NCBI GenBank assembly: GCA_965603295.1
Contig: CBFDCL010000043.1
Span: 1-17,537 of the forward strand
DNA length: 17,537 bases
Direction of reading: 5' to 3'
DNA from: an uncultured bacterium
Lineage (GTDB): Bacteria; BMS3Abin14
The translations under genes were made by a program, and so were the position numbers. This document shows, one piece after another, positions 1-8,400 of this stretch; within the stretch, counting starts at the first letter, position 1; each line of letters begins with the position of its first letter. Under the pieces are notes generated by a model. It saw nothing but the letters and a program-made list of their open reading frames with translations, was not told the origin of the DNA and did not search any database.

Positions 1-23
1 TTGGGCGTTAGGCTTTGGGCTGG

Positions 24-2270
24 CTATACAATTTCCAGATTCGCGTATTTCGCCACCAGCTTTTTCTTTCCGCCCCTGGGAAAATAGACAGTGATGCGCG
101 CGTCCGGGCCGTGGCCTTCGACGTGCATGACCTGCCCCTGGCCGAACATGGGGTGCCTGACCTGCATCCCGGGCTGGAGGAAGTCCTCCCCCTCCATAGG
201 CTCCGGAACGAAGGTGAAGTCCCCGATAGCCACTTTCCCCGTTTCCGGTCCCGGCTCCGGTGGCTGATAACCTCCCACACCGGGGATGGGGAACGCGGTT
301 TCCTCGTGCATCCGGACGTTGTCTGGCGACAGCTCCAGGAAGAACCTGCTTGGAAAGGTGCTGTCATATTGCCCGAACAGGCGCCGCCGCCTGGCCATGG
401 TAAGAAAAAGCCTCTCCTTTGCCCGTGTCATGCCTACGTAACAAAGCCGTCTTTCCTCCTCCATTTCGGCCGGTTCTCCCTGGGCCCTGTAATGGGGCAG
501 GAGATCCTCTTCGACCCCGGCGATAAATGCGACGGGAAACTCGAGGCCTTTCGCAGTGTGAAGGGTCATGAGGGTAACCGAGGAGTCTTCCTCCTGCCAG
601 TTATCGATGTCCGATACCAGGGACACCTGGTCCAGGAATGCAGCCAGGGTTTCCACACCTCCCGCTGAGCTCCCGGCTGAGTCGTCGAGAAAATCCGCAA
701 CCACCGCGAGAAATTCGTGCAGGTTTTCCACCCTGGCCCGTGATTCGTCGGTTCCTTCGTCCCTCAGGGCCCGCAGGTAGCCGGTCTCCTCGAGAACTGC
801 CACTACCAGTTCGTCGAGGCCGCTGTGGACCATCTTTTCCCGAAGGCCCGTTACGGTTTCCAGAAATCGCTCGGCCGACAGAAAGGCTTTCCCACTGATG
901 GCCTGTTTTTCCAGAACGCTCCTCGATGCTTCTTCCGGGGACAAACCCCCGGCTCCGGCCTGCCTTATCTTCTCGATGGAGATTTTTCCGATCCCGCGCG
1001 GGGGAGAATTGATGACCCTTTCAAAGCTTCCCCAATCCGCAGGGTTCAGGAGAAGACGGAGGTAGGAAATGATGTCCCTGATCTCCTTCCTGTCGTAAAA
1101 ACGGACTCCGCCGACAATGACATGAGGGATGTTCATCCTCCGAAAGGATTCCTCGATGGCCCGGGACTGAGCGTTGATCCGGTAAAAGACAGCGAAATCG
1201 TCGTGTTTCAGGGATTCTTGCCGCATGAGGTTATGGATGGTTGCGGCGATAAAATCTCCCTCGTCACGTTCATCCAGGGCGGCAAAAGCGGTCACTTTCT
1301 GGCCGGTGGGCCGGACCGCCAGAAGCTCTTTTTCCTTCCTGCCCGTGTTGTGCCTGATGAGGCAGGAGGCAGCCCCGAGAATATGGCCCGTTGACCGATA
1401 GTTCTCCCCGAGGGTGACCACCAGGGCTTCCGGGAAATCTTTCTCGAAATCCAGGATGTTGGTGATGTCGGCTCCTCTCCACCGGTAGATGCTCTGGTCA
1501 TCATCCCCCACAACGCACAGGTTCCGGTGTCTGGATGAGAGGTTCCGGATGATCTGGTACTGGGCGTGGTTTGTATCCTGGTATTCATCTACCAGAATGT
1601 ACCTGAGCAGATCCTGGTAGGACTCCCGGATGTCGGAGTGTTCCTCGAAAAGCCTCCAGGTGAAGAAAAGCAGGTCATCGAAATCCAGAGCTTCGGAACG
1701 CCTCAACCTTTCGTCGTAAAGCCTGTAGGCTTGCACGATCTTTTCGAAAAGGGGGTCCCTCCGGATCTCCCCCTGTTCCTCCATCAGGTCGGGTTCGACG
1801 AGGGCGTTTTTCGCGCGGCTGATAAGATAGGAGACCCTGCGGGGCGGCAGGATCTTCTGATCCACATTCATCTCCGTCAGGACTTCCTTGATCAACCGGG
1901 ATGTGTCGTTCTCGTCGAAGATGGAAAAATGTCGGCTGATCCCGAGCTTTTCGACGTGCTGCCTGAGGATCCTCACACAGGCGGAATGAAAGGTGGAGAT
2001 CCACACGGCCTTGCCGTCCCTTCCGGCGAGCGCGACCACCCGCTCCCTCATCTCCCCGGCCGCTTTGTTGGTAAAGGTGACGGCCAGGATGGCGTAAGGG
2101 GGGACTTTGCGCTCCTGGAGGAGGTAGGCGATGCGGTAGGTGATGACGCGTGTCTTTCCGCTCCCCGCCCCGGCCAGAACCAGAAGAGGGCCCTCAGTTC
2201 GGGTCACCGCTTCCGTCTGATTGGGATTGAGGCTCTCGAGGGGAAAGGCAGCTTTACCCTGTTTTTTCAT
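24..2270 (-). CDS. pcrA: ATP-dependent DNA helicase, UvrD/PcrA/Rep family
   Basis: The N-terminus carries the Walker A motif LVLAGAGSGKTRVITYRIAYLL. The LESLNPNQTEAV N-terminal motif, the helicase motifs (DEYQDTN, TLxxNYRS) and the Tudor-like C-terminal tail (RHPMFGQGQV...) match UvrD/PcrA. The 5' end overlaps the 3' end of the upstream ClC gene by 17 nt. Confidence 0.9.
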   Translation of the reverse strand: MKKQGKAAFPLESLNPNQTEAVTRTEGPLLVLAGAGSGKTRVITYRIAYLLQERKVPPYAILAVTFTNKAAGEMRERVVALAGRDGKAVWISTFHSACVRILRQHVEKLGISRHFSIFDENDTSRLIKEVLTEMNVDQKILPPRRVSYLISRAKNALVEPDLMEEQGEIRRDPLFEKIVQAYRLYDERLRRSEALDFDDLLFFTWRLFEEHSDIRESYQDLLRYILVDEYQDTNHAQYQIIRNLSSRHRNLCVVGDDDQSIYRWRGADITNILDFEKDFPEALVVTLGENYRSTGHILGAASCLIRHNTGRKEKELLAVRPTGQKVTAFAALDERDEGDFIAATIHNLMRQESLKHDDFAVFYRINAQSRAIEESFRRMNIPHVIVGGVRFYDRKEIRDIISYLRLLLNPADWGSFERVINSPPRGIGKISIEKIRQAGAGGLSPEEASRSVLEKQAISGKAFLSAERFLETVTGLREKMVHSGLDELVVAVLEETGYLRALRDEGTDESRARVENLHEFLAVVADFLDDSAGSSAGGVETLAAFLDQVSLVSDIDNWQEEDSSVTLMTLHTAKGLEFPVAFIAGVEEDLLPHYRAQGEPAEMEEERRLCYVGMTRAKERLFLTMARRRRLFGQYDSTFPSRFFLELSPDNVRMHEETAFPIPGVGGYQPPEPGPETGKVAIGDFTFVPEPMEGEDFLQPGMQVRHPMFGQGQVMHVEGHGPDARITVYFPRGGKKKLVAKYANLEIV

Positions 2271-4032
2271 ACCGGAAGATCGCCTTTTTATAGGCAGAGA
2301 TGATGTCCCGGCGGGTCAGGATTCCCAGGATCCTGCGTGGATCCTTCGGGTCCAGAACGACGAGATGCTCCACATTTCGGTAGGCCAGTTTGCCGAGGGC
2401 ATCCTTGAGACTGTCCGAAGGGGCGATTGTGATGACGTTGTGCATGTTGGCGACGTCCTTCGCCACGATGAGGTCTTCCAGTTCCGGTTCGAACACGTGC
2501 TCACGCACGTCCTGGAAAGACAGGATCCCAACCAGGTGGTCATCGTTATCCACCACCGGGAAACTGGAATATTTGCTCTTGGTGATGTGCCTGACGATCT
2601 CCCCGAACCGCATCCCCTGGGGGATCCTTTCCACGTCGAAAGTCATGGCGTCCTTCACCTTCAGTTCCTGGAGAAGGGTGGCCTCCACCCCGGCTTTGAC
2701 GTTGATGCCTTTTTTGTGGAGCTTGAGGGTATCGATGGAGTGCGGGAAAATGCCGCGAATGGTCAGGTTGCTCACGATGCAGGCCACCATAATGGGCAGG
2801 ATAATATGGTAGTCTCCCGTGATTTCGAAAAGGAGCAGGATGCTCGTCAAGGGTGCGTGGCAGGCGGCTCCGCACAGGGCCCCCATCCCCACCAGGGCGT
2901 AGGCCCCTTTGGTCGCGGTTATCGCGGGAAAGAGAGTATGGACGACGCTTCCGAAAGTGCCCCCCACCATGGCTCCGATATAGAGGGTGGGAGCGAAGAC
3001 CCCCCCCGATCCTCCCGAGCCGAGGGTCAGGGATGTGGCGATGATCTTTAAAAATATCAGTACAAACATGAGCCCGAACGCCATGTTGCCCATCAGGGCT
3101 GTCCCCATGGGACCGTAGCCGTTCCCGAAGATCTGGGGGAAAGCGAGGCCGATGAACCCCAGGATCAACCCCCCGAGTGCCGGTTTGAGCCAGGGATGGA
3201 TTTTCACCTTCCCATTAAAGAAAGTTTCAAACCGATCCTGGGTCAGGATGAACAGAAGGGCCGTCAGACCGGTCAGGATGCCCAGAACGATGTAAAGGCC
3301 GATCTCCATGGGGTTGACCAACTGGTAGTAGGGAACATCGAAGGCGTGAATGTTGCCGTGGATGTACCTCCCCACGGTGGTGGCGACCACCGAGGACATG
3401 ATCACCGGGCTGAAAGCCGCTGCGTGCCATTCACCGAGAATGATCTCCAGGGCGAAAAGGGTGCCCGCGAGAGGAGCGTTGAAGGTGGCTGCGATGCCCC
3501 CCGCGGCACCGGCCCCGAGCAGGGTCCTCGTGTTGTTGGTGGACAGTTTGAAGACCTGGGCCGTGTAGGACCCCACCGCGCTGCCGATCTGGGCGATAGG
3601 CCCTTCCCTCCCGGCGGAGCCCCCGGAACCGATGCAGATGGCGGATGTGAAGAGCCTGATGAAAATGGTTCGCATCTTCAGGATGCCACCCCGCATGATC
3701 ACCGATTCCATGACCTCGGGGACCCCCTGACCCTTGGCTTCGCCAGGGAACAGGCTGCCGATGGGTCCTGCCACGAGTCCGCCGATGGCAGGAAGAAGGG
3801 GAATCAGGAGGACCTTCAGGTCCCCGGGGGTATACCCCGTAAACACCCCTCCCCATGGGATCCAGAATATCTCGCGGAACAGGGCAATCAGTTCGATAAA
3901 GCCCACGGCCCCGAGGCCGCTGAACAGCCCGATGACGATGGCCAGCATCAGAAGAATGGTGTCTTCGCTCCGGAGAGTGTTCATCAGGGCGTCGTGCGGC
4001 GTCCGGATGATCATCTTCATTTTTTGTTTCAT
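2254..4032 (-). CDS. ClC-family chloride channel / Cl-/H+ antiporter with C-terminal CBS-domain pair
   Basis: The 592-aa product has multiple TM helices and the ClC motifs GREGP and GVFAPT. A GDY Tyr-containing segment is present. The C-terminal ~130 aa form two CBS-like repeats (VVDNDDHLVGILSFQDV, VLDPKDPRRILGILTRRDI). ATG at 4030-4032 is preceded by AGGGG. Confidence 0.85.
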   Translation of the reverse strand: MKQKMKMIIRTPHDALMNTLRSEDTILLMLAIVIGLFSGLGAVGFIELIALFREIFWIPWGGVFTGYTPGDLKVLLIPLLPAIGGLVAGPIGSLFPGEAKGQGVPEVMESVIMRGGILKMRTIFIRLFTSAICIGSGGSAGREGPIAQIGSAVGSYTAQVFKLSTNNTRTLLGAGAAGGIAATFNAPLAGTLFALEIILGEWHAAAFSPVIMSSVVATTVGRYIHGNIHAFDVPYYQLVNPMEIGLYIVLGILTGLTALLFILTQDRFETFFNGKVKIHPWLKPALGGLILGFIGLAFPQIFGNGYGPMGTALMGNMAFGLMFVLIFLKIIATSLTLGSGGSGGVFAPTLYIGAMVGGTFGSVVHTLFPAITATKGAYALVGMGALCGAACHAPLTSILLLFEITGDYHIILPIMVACIVSNLTIRGIFPHSIDTLKLHKKGINVKAGVEATLLQELKVKDAMTFDVERIPQGMRFGEIVRHITKSKYSSFPVVDNDDHLVGILSFQDVREHVFEPELEDLIVAKDVANMHNVITIAPSDSLKDALGKLAYRNVEHLVVLDPKDPRRILGILTRRDIISAYKKAIFRYEKTG

Positions 4033-4039
4033 GAGGCCC

Positions 4040-5869
4040 CTATTCCACGGTTACGCTCTTGGCCAGGTTCCTCGGTTGATCAACATCCGTTCCCTTGAGG
4101 ACAGCCACGTGATAAGCGAAGAGTTGGAGTGGTATCGTGCTCAGAATGGGGGTGAGCATCGGGTCAGTCTGGGGGATGCGGATCAGGTGGTCCGCTTTTT
4201 CCTGTAGCTGAGGGTCATCGTGATCGGCCACCGCGATAACGATCCCTCCCCTTGCCTTAACTTCCTCGATGTTGGAAAGGACCTTCTCGTAAACGCTGTC
4301 CTTCGTCGCCAGGAACAGGACGGGCATGGTTTCGTCAATAAGGGCGATGGGGCCGTGCTTCATCTCTCCCGCCGGGTACCCTTCGGCGTGGATGTAGCTG
4401 ATCTCCTTGAGTTTTAAAGCTCCTTCCAGGGCGATGGGGAAGTGGATCCCCCTCCCCAGATAGAGGAAATCGGGGTGCTGATAATAAAGACCGGCTAACT
4501 CCTCGATGGCCCCGCTGCCGCTCAGGATTTTCTCAACCTGGTGGGGCAGGGCTAGAAGGGAGTCCATGAGCCCCATGGCCTTTTGCTGGTCAAGGGTGCC
4601 GCGGCGCCTCCCAAGAAATATGGAAAGAAGGAGAAGGCAGACGATCTGGGTTGTGAACGCCTTGGTGGACGCGACCCCGATCTCCGGCCCGGCGTGGGTA
4701 TAAAGAACAGCGTCCGACTCCCTGGTGATCATGCTGCCCACAACGTTGCAGATGGATAGTACCGTGGCTTTTTTCTCACGGCACTCCCGGATGGCGGCCA
4801 GGGTGTCGGCTGTTTCACCGGACTGGCTGATCGCAACGGCCAGGGTGTTCTTGCCGATGACCGGATCACGGTAGCGGAATTCGGACCCGTAATCGACCTG
4901 CGTGGGGATCTTCGCCAGCCCCTCCAGGAGGAACTGGCCTACCAGTCCGGCATGCCAGGATGTGCCGCACGCGATAAGGGTGCACCGGTCCACATCCTGG
5001 ATGAAAGCATCCTCCAGGTGGATATCGTCCAGAGTAATGCGCCCGTTATCCTCGGAGTATCGCCCTCTCAACGTGTCGGCCAGGGCCTCGGGCTGTTCGT
5101 GGATCTCTTTCAGCATGAAATGCTTATAGCCGCCCTTTTCGGCGCCGATGGGGTCCCAGGGGACGAGAATGGGCTCCCGCTCGATTTCCCGGCCCTCCAG
5201 GTCGGTGATGCGGATTCCCTCGGCGAAGAGGGTTATCACGTCGCCATCATCGAGGTAGAGAAAACGCCGAGTATGATGCAGGACCGCGGGGATATCGGAA
5301 GCGACGAACATCTCCCCCTCACCAAAACCGACGACCATCGGGGGACCGCTGCGGGCCGCGACGAGCCTGTCCGGACAATCCGCATGGACGACGACAAGAG
5401 CGTAAACTCCGACGACTTCTTTAAGAGCCTTTCGGACAGCCTCTTCGAGGTCACCCTGGAAGTGTTCCTCAACGAGGTGGGCGATAACTTCGGTATCGGT
5501 TTCCGAGGCCATGGTGTGGCCTTTAGAAACAAGGCCCTGGCGGATGGTCCTGTAGTTTTCGACGATGCCGTTGTGAACAACCACCAGGCGTCCCGTGCAG
5601 TCGCGGTGAGGGTGGGCGTTTTCCTCGCTGGGTTTGCCATGTGTGGCCCAGCGCGTGTGACCTGCTCCCAGATGTCCCCAGAGAGGGTTTTTCCGGACAA
5701 CTTCACCCAGATCGTGGATTTTTCCGGCACTTCGGCGAAGGGCGATCTCCCCATCCCGGACCACAGCCACTCCCGCGGAATCGTAACCCCGGTACTCCAG
5801 CCGGCGGAGCCCCTCGAGAAGCACATCGGCAGCTTCCTGTTTCCCGATATAACCGACGATCCCGCACAT
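4040..5869 (-). CDS. glmS: glutamine--fructose-6-phosphate aminotransferase (isomerising)
   Basis: The true N-terminus is MCGIVGYIG, with the Cys2 nucleophile of class-II amidotransferases. Two SIS domains follow and the protein ends ...KSVTVE. The ORF-track entry 4040-6127 includes an in-frame 86-codon upstream extension with no homology. I place the start at ATG 5867-5869, with GGAGG 10 nt upstream inside the glmU 3' end. The glmU stop and glmS start overlap as TGATG. Confidence 0.9.
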   Translation of the reverse strand: MCGIVGYIGKQEAADVLLEGLRRLEYRGYDSAGVAVVRDGEIALRRSAGKIHDLGEVVRKNPLWGHLGAGHTRWATHGKPSEENAHPHRDCTGRLVVVHNGIVENYRTIRQGLVSKGHTMASETDTEVIAHLVEEHFQGDLEEAVRKALKEVVGVYALVVVHADCPDRLVAARSGPPMVVGFGEGEMFVASDIPAVLHHTRRFLYLDDGDVITLFAEGIRITDLEGREIEREPILVPWDPIGAEKGGYKHFMLKEIHEQPEALADTLRGRYSEDNGRITLDDIHLEDAFIQDVDRCTLIACGTSWHAGLVGQFLLEGLAKIPTQVDYGSEFRYRDPVIGKNTLAVAISQSGETADTLAAIRECREKKATVLSICNVVGSMITRESDAVLYTHAGPEIGVASTKAFTTQIVCLLLLSIFLGRRRGTLDQQKAMGLMDSLLALPHQVEKILSGSGAIEELAGLYYQHPDFLYLGRGIHFPIALEGALKLKEISYIHAEGYPAGEMKHGPIALIDETMPVLFLATKDSVYEKVLSNIEEVKARGGIVIAVADHDDPQLQEKADHLIRIPQTDPMLTPILSTIPLQLFAYHVAVLKGTDVDQPRNLAKSVTVE

Positions 5870-7299
5870 CAGCTTCTGTCCTCCTTTTTGCCAATAGCCA
5901 GTTTCCGGCGGCGTTCCGCCGCCCAGCCTTCTTTGGAGGACTGGCGTCCTCTTGCCACGGCTAGAGCATCCGGGGGCACGTCTTTGGTGATGGTCGAACC
6001 TGCAGCCACCAGGGATCCCTCCCCGAGAACGACAGGAGCGACAATCATGGTACCGCTGCCGACGAAAACTCCGTCCCCGATCTGCGTCCGGTGTTTGGCG
6101 AACCCGTCGTAGTTGCACGTAACACACCCGGCGCCGATATTGACGCCGCGGCCGAGCTGGGCATCCCCGATGTAAGTCAGATGGGAGACTTTGCTCCCCT
6201 CACCAATGATCGCTTCCTTCGTCTCGACGAAGTTCCCGATCCGGGCGGATGGCCCAATGTTGGATCCGGGCCTCAAATGGGAAAAAGGCCCGACCGAAGC
6301 CCCATTTTCCAACCGGGCCCCGGTGATAACACAGAAAGGGCGGATCTCCACATCCCGGCCGATAATGGTGTCGGTAATGACAGCGCTTGGCCCGATAGTG
6401 GAACCGGATCCGATTCGGGTATCCCCGTGGAGGAACGTCATGGGTCGAATCTCGGCACCCGGCTCAATTACCACCGATGCATCGATCCAGGTGTTGTCCG
6501 GGTCGAGGATCCTGACCCCGGAGTCCATGAGTGTTAGAACATGTTTTTGGTTCATTTTCGCCTCCATGGCGGCCAGTTCGCCCAGCGTATTGATCCCCCT
6601 GGCTTCATCGGGGTCCGGGGCGATGCACGTGATCACTCCCGACCCGGCAGCAACGGCGGATCTCACCAGGTCAGTGAGGTAATATTCCCCCTGGGCGTTA
6701 TCGTCGGTCAGACGGGGAATCTCCCTTTTCAGGAAGGCGGCGTCAAAGGAATAGACACCCAGGTTCACCTCGTCGATCCCCTCTTGGGTTTGGTCGAGAT
6801 CTTTTTGTTCACGGATCTCCGAAATCCGGCCCTGGCCATCTGTGAGAATCCTTCCGTAACCGGTGGGGTTTTCCAGGCGGCCCGTCAATAAAGCGACGTC
6901 GGCGCCTGCCCGGATCCTTTCCCCGGCAAGGTGAGCAAGGGTCCGGGGGCGTACGCAAGGCGTGTCCCCGGACAGGACCAGAACAGTTCCTTCAAAATCG
7001 TCCAGAGCCGGGAGACATTGGGCCACGGCGTGGCCGGTACCCAGCTGGGGGTCCTGCCTGACTGTTTCGGCTGTGATCTCTCCGGGCCATCGATGGAGGC
7101 TGCTTTCGACCTCGTCGGCCCCGTATCCGGTTACGATGATAAGCCTGACAGATCCCAGTTCCCGGATGGAATCCAGGAGATGGTGGAGGAGGGGTTTCCC
7201 TCCGAGTTTGTGAAGGACTTTCGGGACCCCGGAATTCATCCGGGTCCCCTTGCCGGCGGCAAGGACAATCACGGCGGGGATGGAGGACAGGGAAAGCAT
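5869..7299 (-). CDS. glmU: bifunctional UDP-N-acetylglucosamine pyrophosphorylase / glucosamine-1-phosphate N-acetyltransferase
   Basis: The N-terminal nucleotidyltransferase motif is VIVLAAGKGTRM. The C-terminal left-handed beta-helix hexapeptide repeats end in the acetyltransferase tail. No clear SD precedes ATG 7297-7299, so the exact start is less certain. Confidence 0.85.
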   Translation of the reverse strand: MLSLSSIPAVIVLAAGKGTRMNSGVPKVLHKLGGKPLLHHLLDSIRELGSVRLIIVTGYGADEVESSLHRWPGEITAETVRQDPQLGTGHAVAQCLPALDDFEGTVLVLSGDTPCVRPRTLAHLAGERIRAGADVALLTGRLENPTGYGRILTDGQGRISEIREQKDLDQTQEGIDEVNLGVYSFDAAFLKREIPRLTDDNAQGEYYLTDLVRSAVAAGSGVITCIAPDPDEARGINTLGELAAMEAKMNQKHVLTLMDSGVRILDPDNTWIDASVVIEPGAEIRPMTFLHGDTRIGSGSTIGPSAVITDTIIGRDVEIRPFCVITGARLENGASVGPFSHLRPGSNIGPSARIGNFVETKEAIIGEGSKVSHLTYIGDAQLGRGVNIGAGCVTCNYDGFAKHRTQIGDGVFVGSGTMIVAPVVLGEGSLVAAGSTITKDVPPDALAVARGRQSSKEGWAAERRRKLAIGKKEDRS

Positions 7300-7463
7300 A
7301 CGAACCAGTGTGGGCTCCAGGCAAAAGGTTAATGAATTAGGGGCTGCTGGCCACAGATGTCAGGTTGGCATGAATGTCACGTTCAGCGGTCTGTGAAGGT
7401 CCAAAAATACCCTAATGTCAGATTATTTCAATGGGTTTAAGGGTGTCAAGAAAAGAGAAAACG

Positions 7464-7498
7464 GTTTGATGTTTGATGTTTGAAGTTTGAAGTTGCGA
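7464..7498. repeat. heptamer tandem array GTTTGAT/GTTTGAA x5
   Basis: Direct reading gives gtttgat gtttgat gtttgaa gtttgaa gttgcga. Confidence 0.9.
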
Positions 7499-7502
7499 AA
7501 TG

Positions 7503-7549
7503 GATCCAAGATCTTTAGATCCAAGATCCAAAATCCAAGATCCAAAAAA
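7503..7549. repeat. GATCCAA-type tandem array (~5 units) containing five GATC sites
   Basis: Direct reading gives gatccaa gatcttta gatccaa gatccaaaa tccaa gatccaaaaaa. Confidence 0.85.
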
Positions 7550-7554
7550 GGAAC

Positions 7555-7582
7555 GTTAAACAATAAACTTTAAACGATAAAC
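7555..7582. repeat. heptamer tandem array NNTAAAC x4
   Basis: Direct reading gives gttaaac aataaac tttaaac gataaac. The same unit family recurs at 17256-17290. Confidence 0.85.
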
Positions 7583-7593
7583 GTATATCCCCT

Positions 7594-7628
7594 CTGAACA
7601 CTGAACTCAGAACTCTGAACTCAAGATA
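7594..7628. repeat. heptamer tandem array CTGAACT x5
   Basis: Direct reading gives ctgaaca ctgaact cagaact ctgaact caagata. Confidence 0.9.
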
Positions 7629-7687
7629 ATTCCCCTCCGTGTCTCCATGTCTTCGCGTCTCCGTTTCAACCTGTTCAGGTTTACTTA

Positions 7688-7708
7688 TCACCAATCACTA
7701 ATCACCGG
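7688..7708. repeat. heptamer tandem array ATCACYA x3
   Basis: Direct reading gives atcacca atcacta atcaccg. It is related to the units at 14601-14637. Confidence 0.8.
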
Positions 7709-7717
7709 TGCTTTTTC

Positions 7718-7752
7718 TCAATTCTCAACCCTCAACCCTCAATTCTCAATTT
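7718..7752. repeat. heptamer tandem array CTCAAYY x5
   Basis: Direct reading gives ctcaatt ctcaacc ctcaacc ctcaatt ctcaatt. Confidence 0.9.
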
Positions 7753-7761
7753 TACTATTGC

Positions 7762-7791
7762 TTGGCAATTCCCTTTTTCCTCTGTTATCAT
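7762..7791 (+). promoter_or_regulatory. candidate sigma70-type promoter for the SPFH/NfeD operon
   Basis: TTGGCA (7762-7767), an 18-bp spacer, then TGnTATCAT (extended -10 at 7783-7791). This sits ~50 nt upstream of the first gene's ATG at 7840, immediately downstream of the heptamer-repeat arrays. The assignment rests on motifs only. Confidence 0.25.
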
Positions 7792-7839
7792 TTTTAACCG
7801 AAAGGAAAATACACTTAATCTCCGGCCGGGCGAGAGGTT

Positions 7840-8400
7840 ATGGAACAGAGGATTCGTCAGCTCGAAAAGGATGTCCAGAGGTTAAAGACGGCCTACGATC
7901 AGTATTTTGCCGGGGTGGAGCGCAAAGCCCCGGAAAAGCTGGCTGATAGCGTCGCCAGGGAGGTCCGTTCCCTGACCGGCACCCTGATCAACAATACGGC
8001 ATTGCGTTTCCGGGCCCAGCAGGCCATTTCCCGTTATCAGACCTATCATACTTTCTGGCAGAAAAACCTGAAGGACATCGAGGAAGGGAGAAAACCGCGG
8101 CGCCGGGTTACGGGAAGGGCGGCCGCCTCGGGGGAGAAACGTCCCCCCGGCGTCTTTGAGATATCCACCTCCAAGGTGGAAAGAGGCGAAATGGAGAAAT
8201 TTTTTTCCGCTCTGACAAAGGAATACCGCCTTGCCGGCGCGGGCAAAGTTCCCGACATGGGGCGCATACGGGAGGCGCTGGAGGAGCAGACCAGGACTAT
8301 TCGTGAGAAATACGGCTGCGAGAAGGTTGCGTTCAAAGTGGTAAACGAGGGCGGCCAGGTCAAGATAAAGGCCTCCCCGGTTGACAGGGAAAAGACATGA
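7840..8400 (+). CDS. hypothetical protein (186 aa), coiled-coil N-terminus, basic central linker
   Basis: The ORF is long, GC3-rich and codon-biased. AGAGG sits just upstream of ATG 7840. Its stop overlaps the next gene's start as ATGA (8397-8400). I recognise no family. Confidence 0.6.
   Translation: MEQRIRQLEKDVQRLKTAYDQYFAGVERKAPEKLADSVAREVRSLTGTLINNTALRFRAQQAISRYQTYHTFWQKNLKDIEEGRKPRRRVTGRAAASGEKRPPGVFEISTSKVERGEMEKFFSALTKEYRLAGAGKVPDMGRIREALEEQTRTIREKYGCEKVAFKVVNEGGQVKIKASPVDREKT

Noticed and set aside
4952-6112. 386-aa plus-strand ORF, plus several other long ORFs in the track (15-668, 825-1394, 1566-2303, 2221-3051, 3196-4098, 8729-9301, 10736-11500, 12876-13742, 13672-14616)
   Set aside because: All lie antisense to, or in alternative frames of, well-supported genes in ~60% GC DNA, where stop codons are rare. 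Their products are Pro/Arg/Gly-rich with no recognisable motifs. I treat them as shadow ORFs.
5870-6127. 86-codon N-terminal extension of the glmS ORF in the six-frame track
   Set aside because: GlmS must begin with Met-Cys, because Cys is the catalytic N-terminal nucleophile after Met removal. MCGIVGY occurs at 5867-5869 with a GGAGG SD. The extension overlaps glmU coding sequence in another frame.
5869-7330. glmS ribozyme upstream of glmS
   Set aside because: glmS is fused to glmU by overlapping stop and start, so no leader exists. The glmU leader shows no recognisable ribozyme core.
7464-7752. Possible CRISPR array
   Set aside because: The repeat units are only 7 bp, are directly adjacent with no spacers, and each array uses a different unit. 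There are no cas genes. I do not consider this a CRISPR array.
7760-7780. Sigma54 promoter (TGGCA at 7763-7767)
   Set aside because: No GC dinucleotide sits at the required -12 spacing (TGGCAattcccTTTT). The sigma70-like reading fits better.
7647-7946. 99-aa ORF spanning the heptamer-repeat spacer into the first operon gene
   Set aside because: It reads through low-complexity repeat DNA, has no RBS, and overlaps the well-supported 7840 start in another frame.
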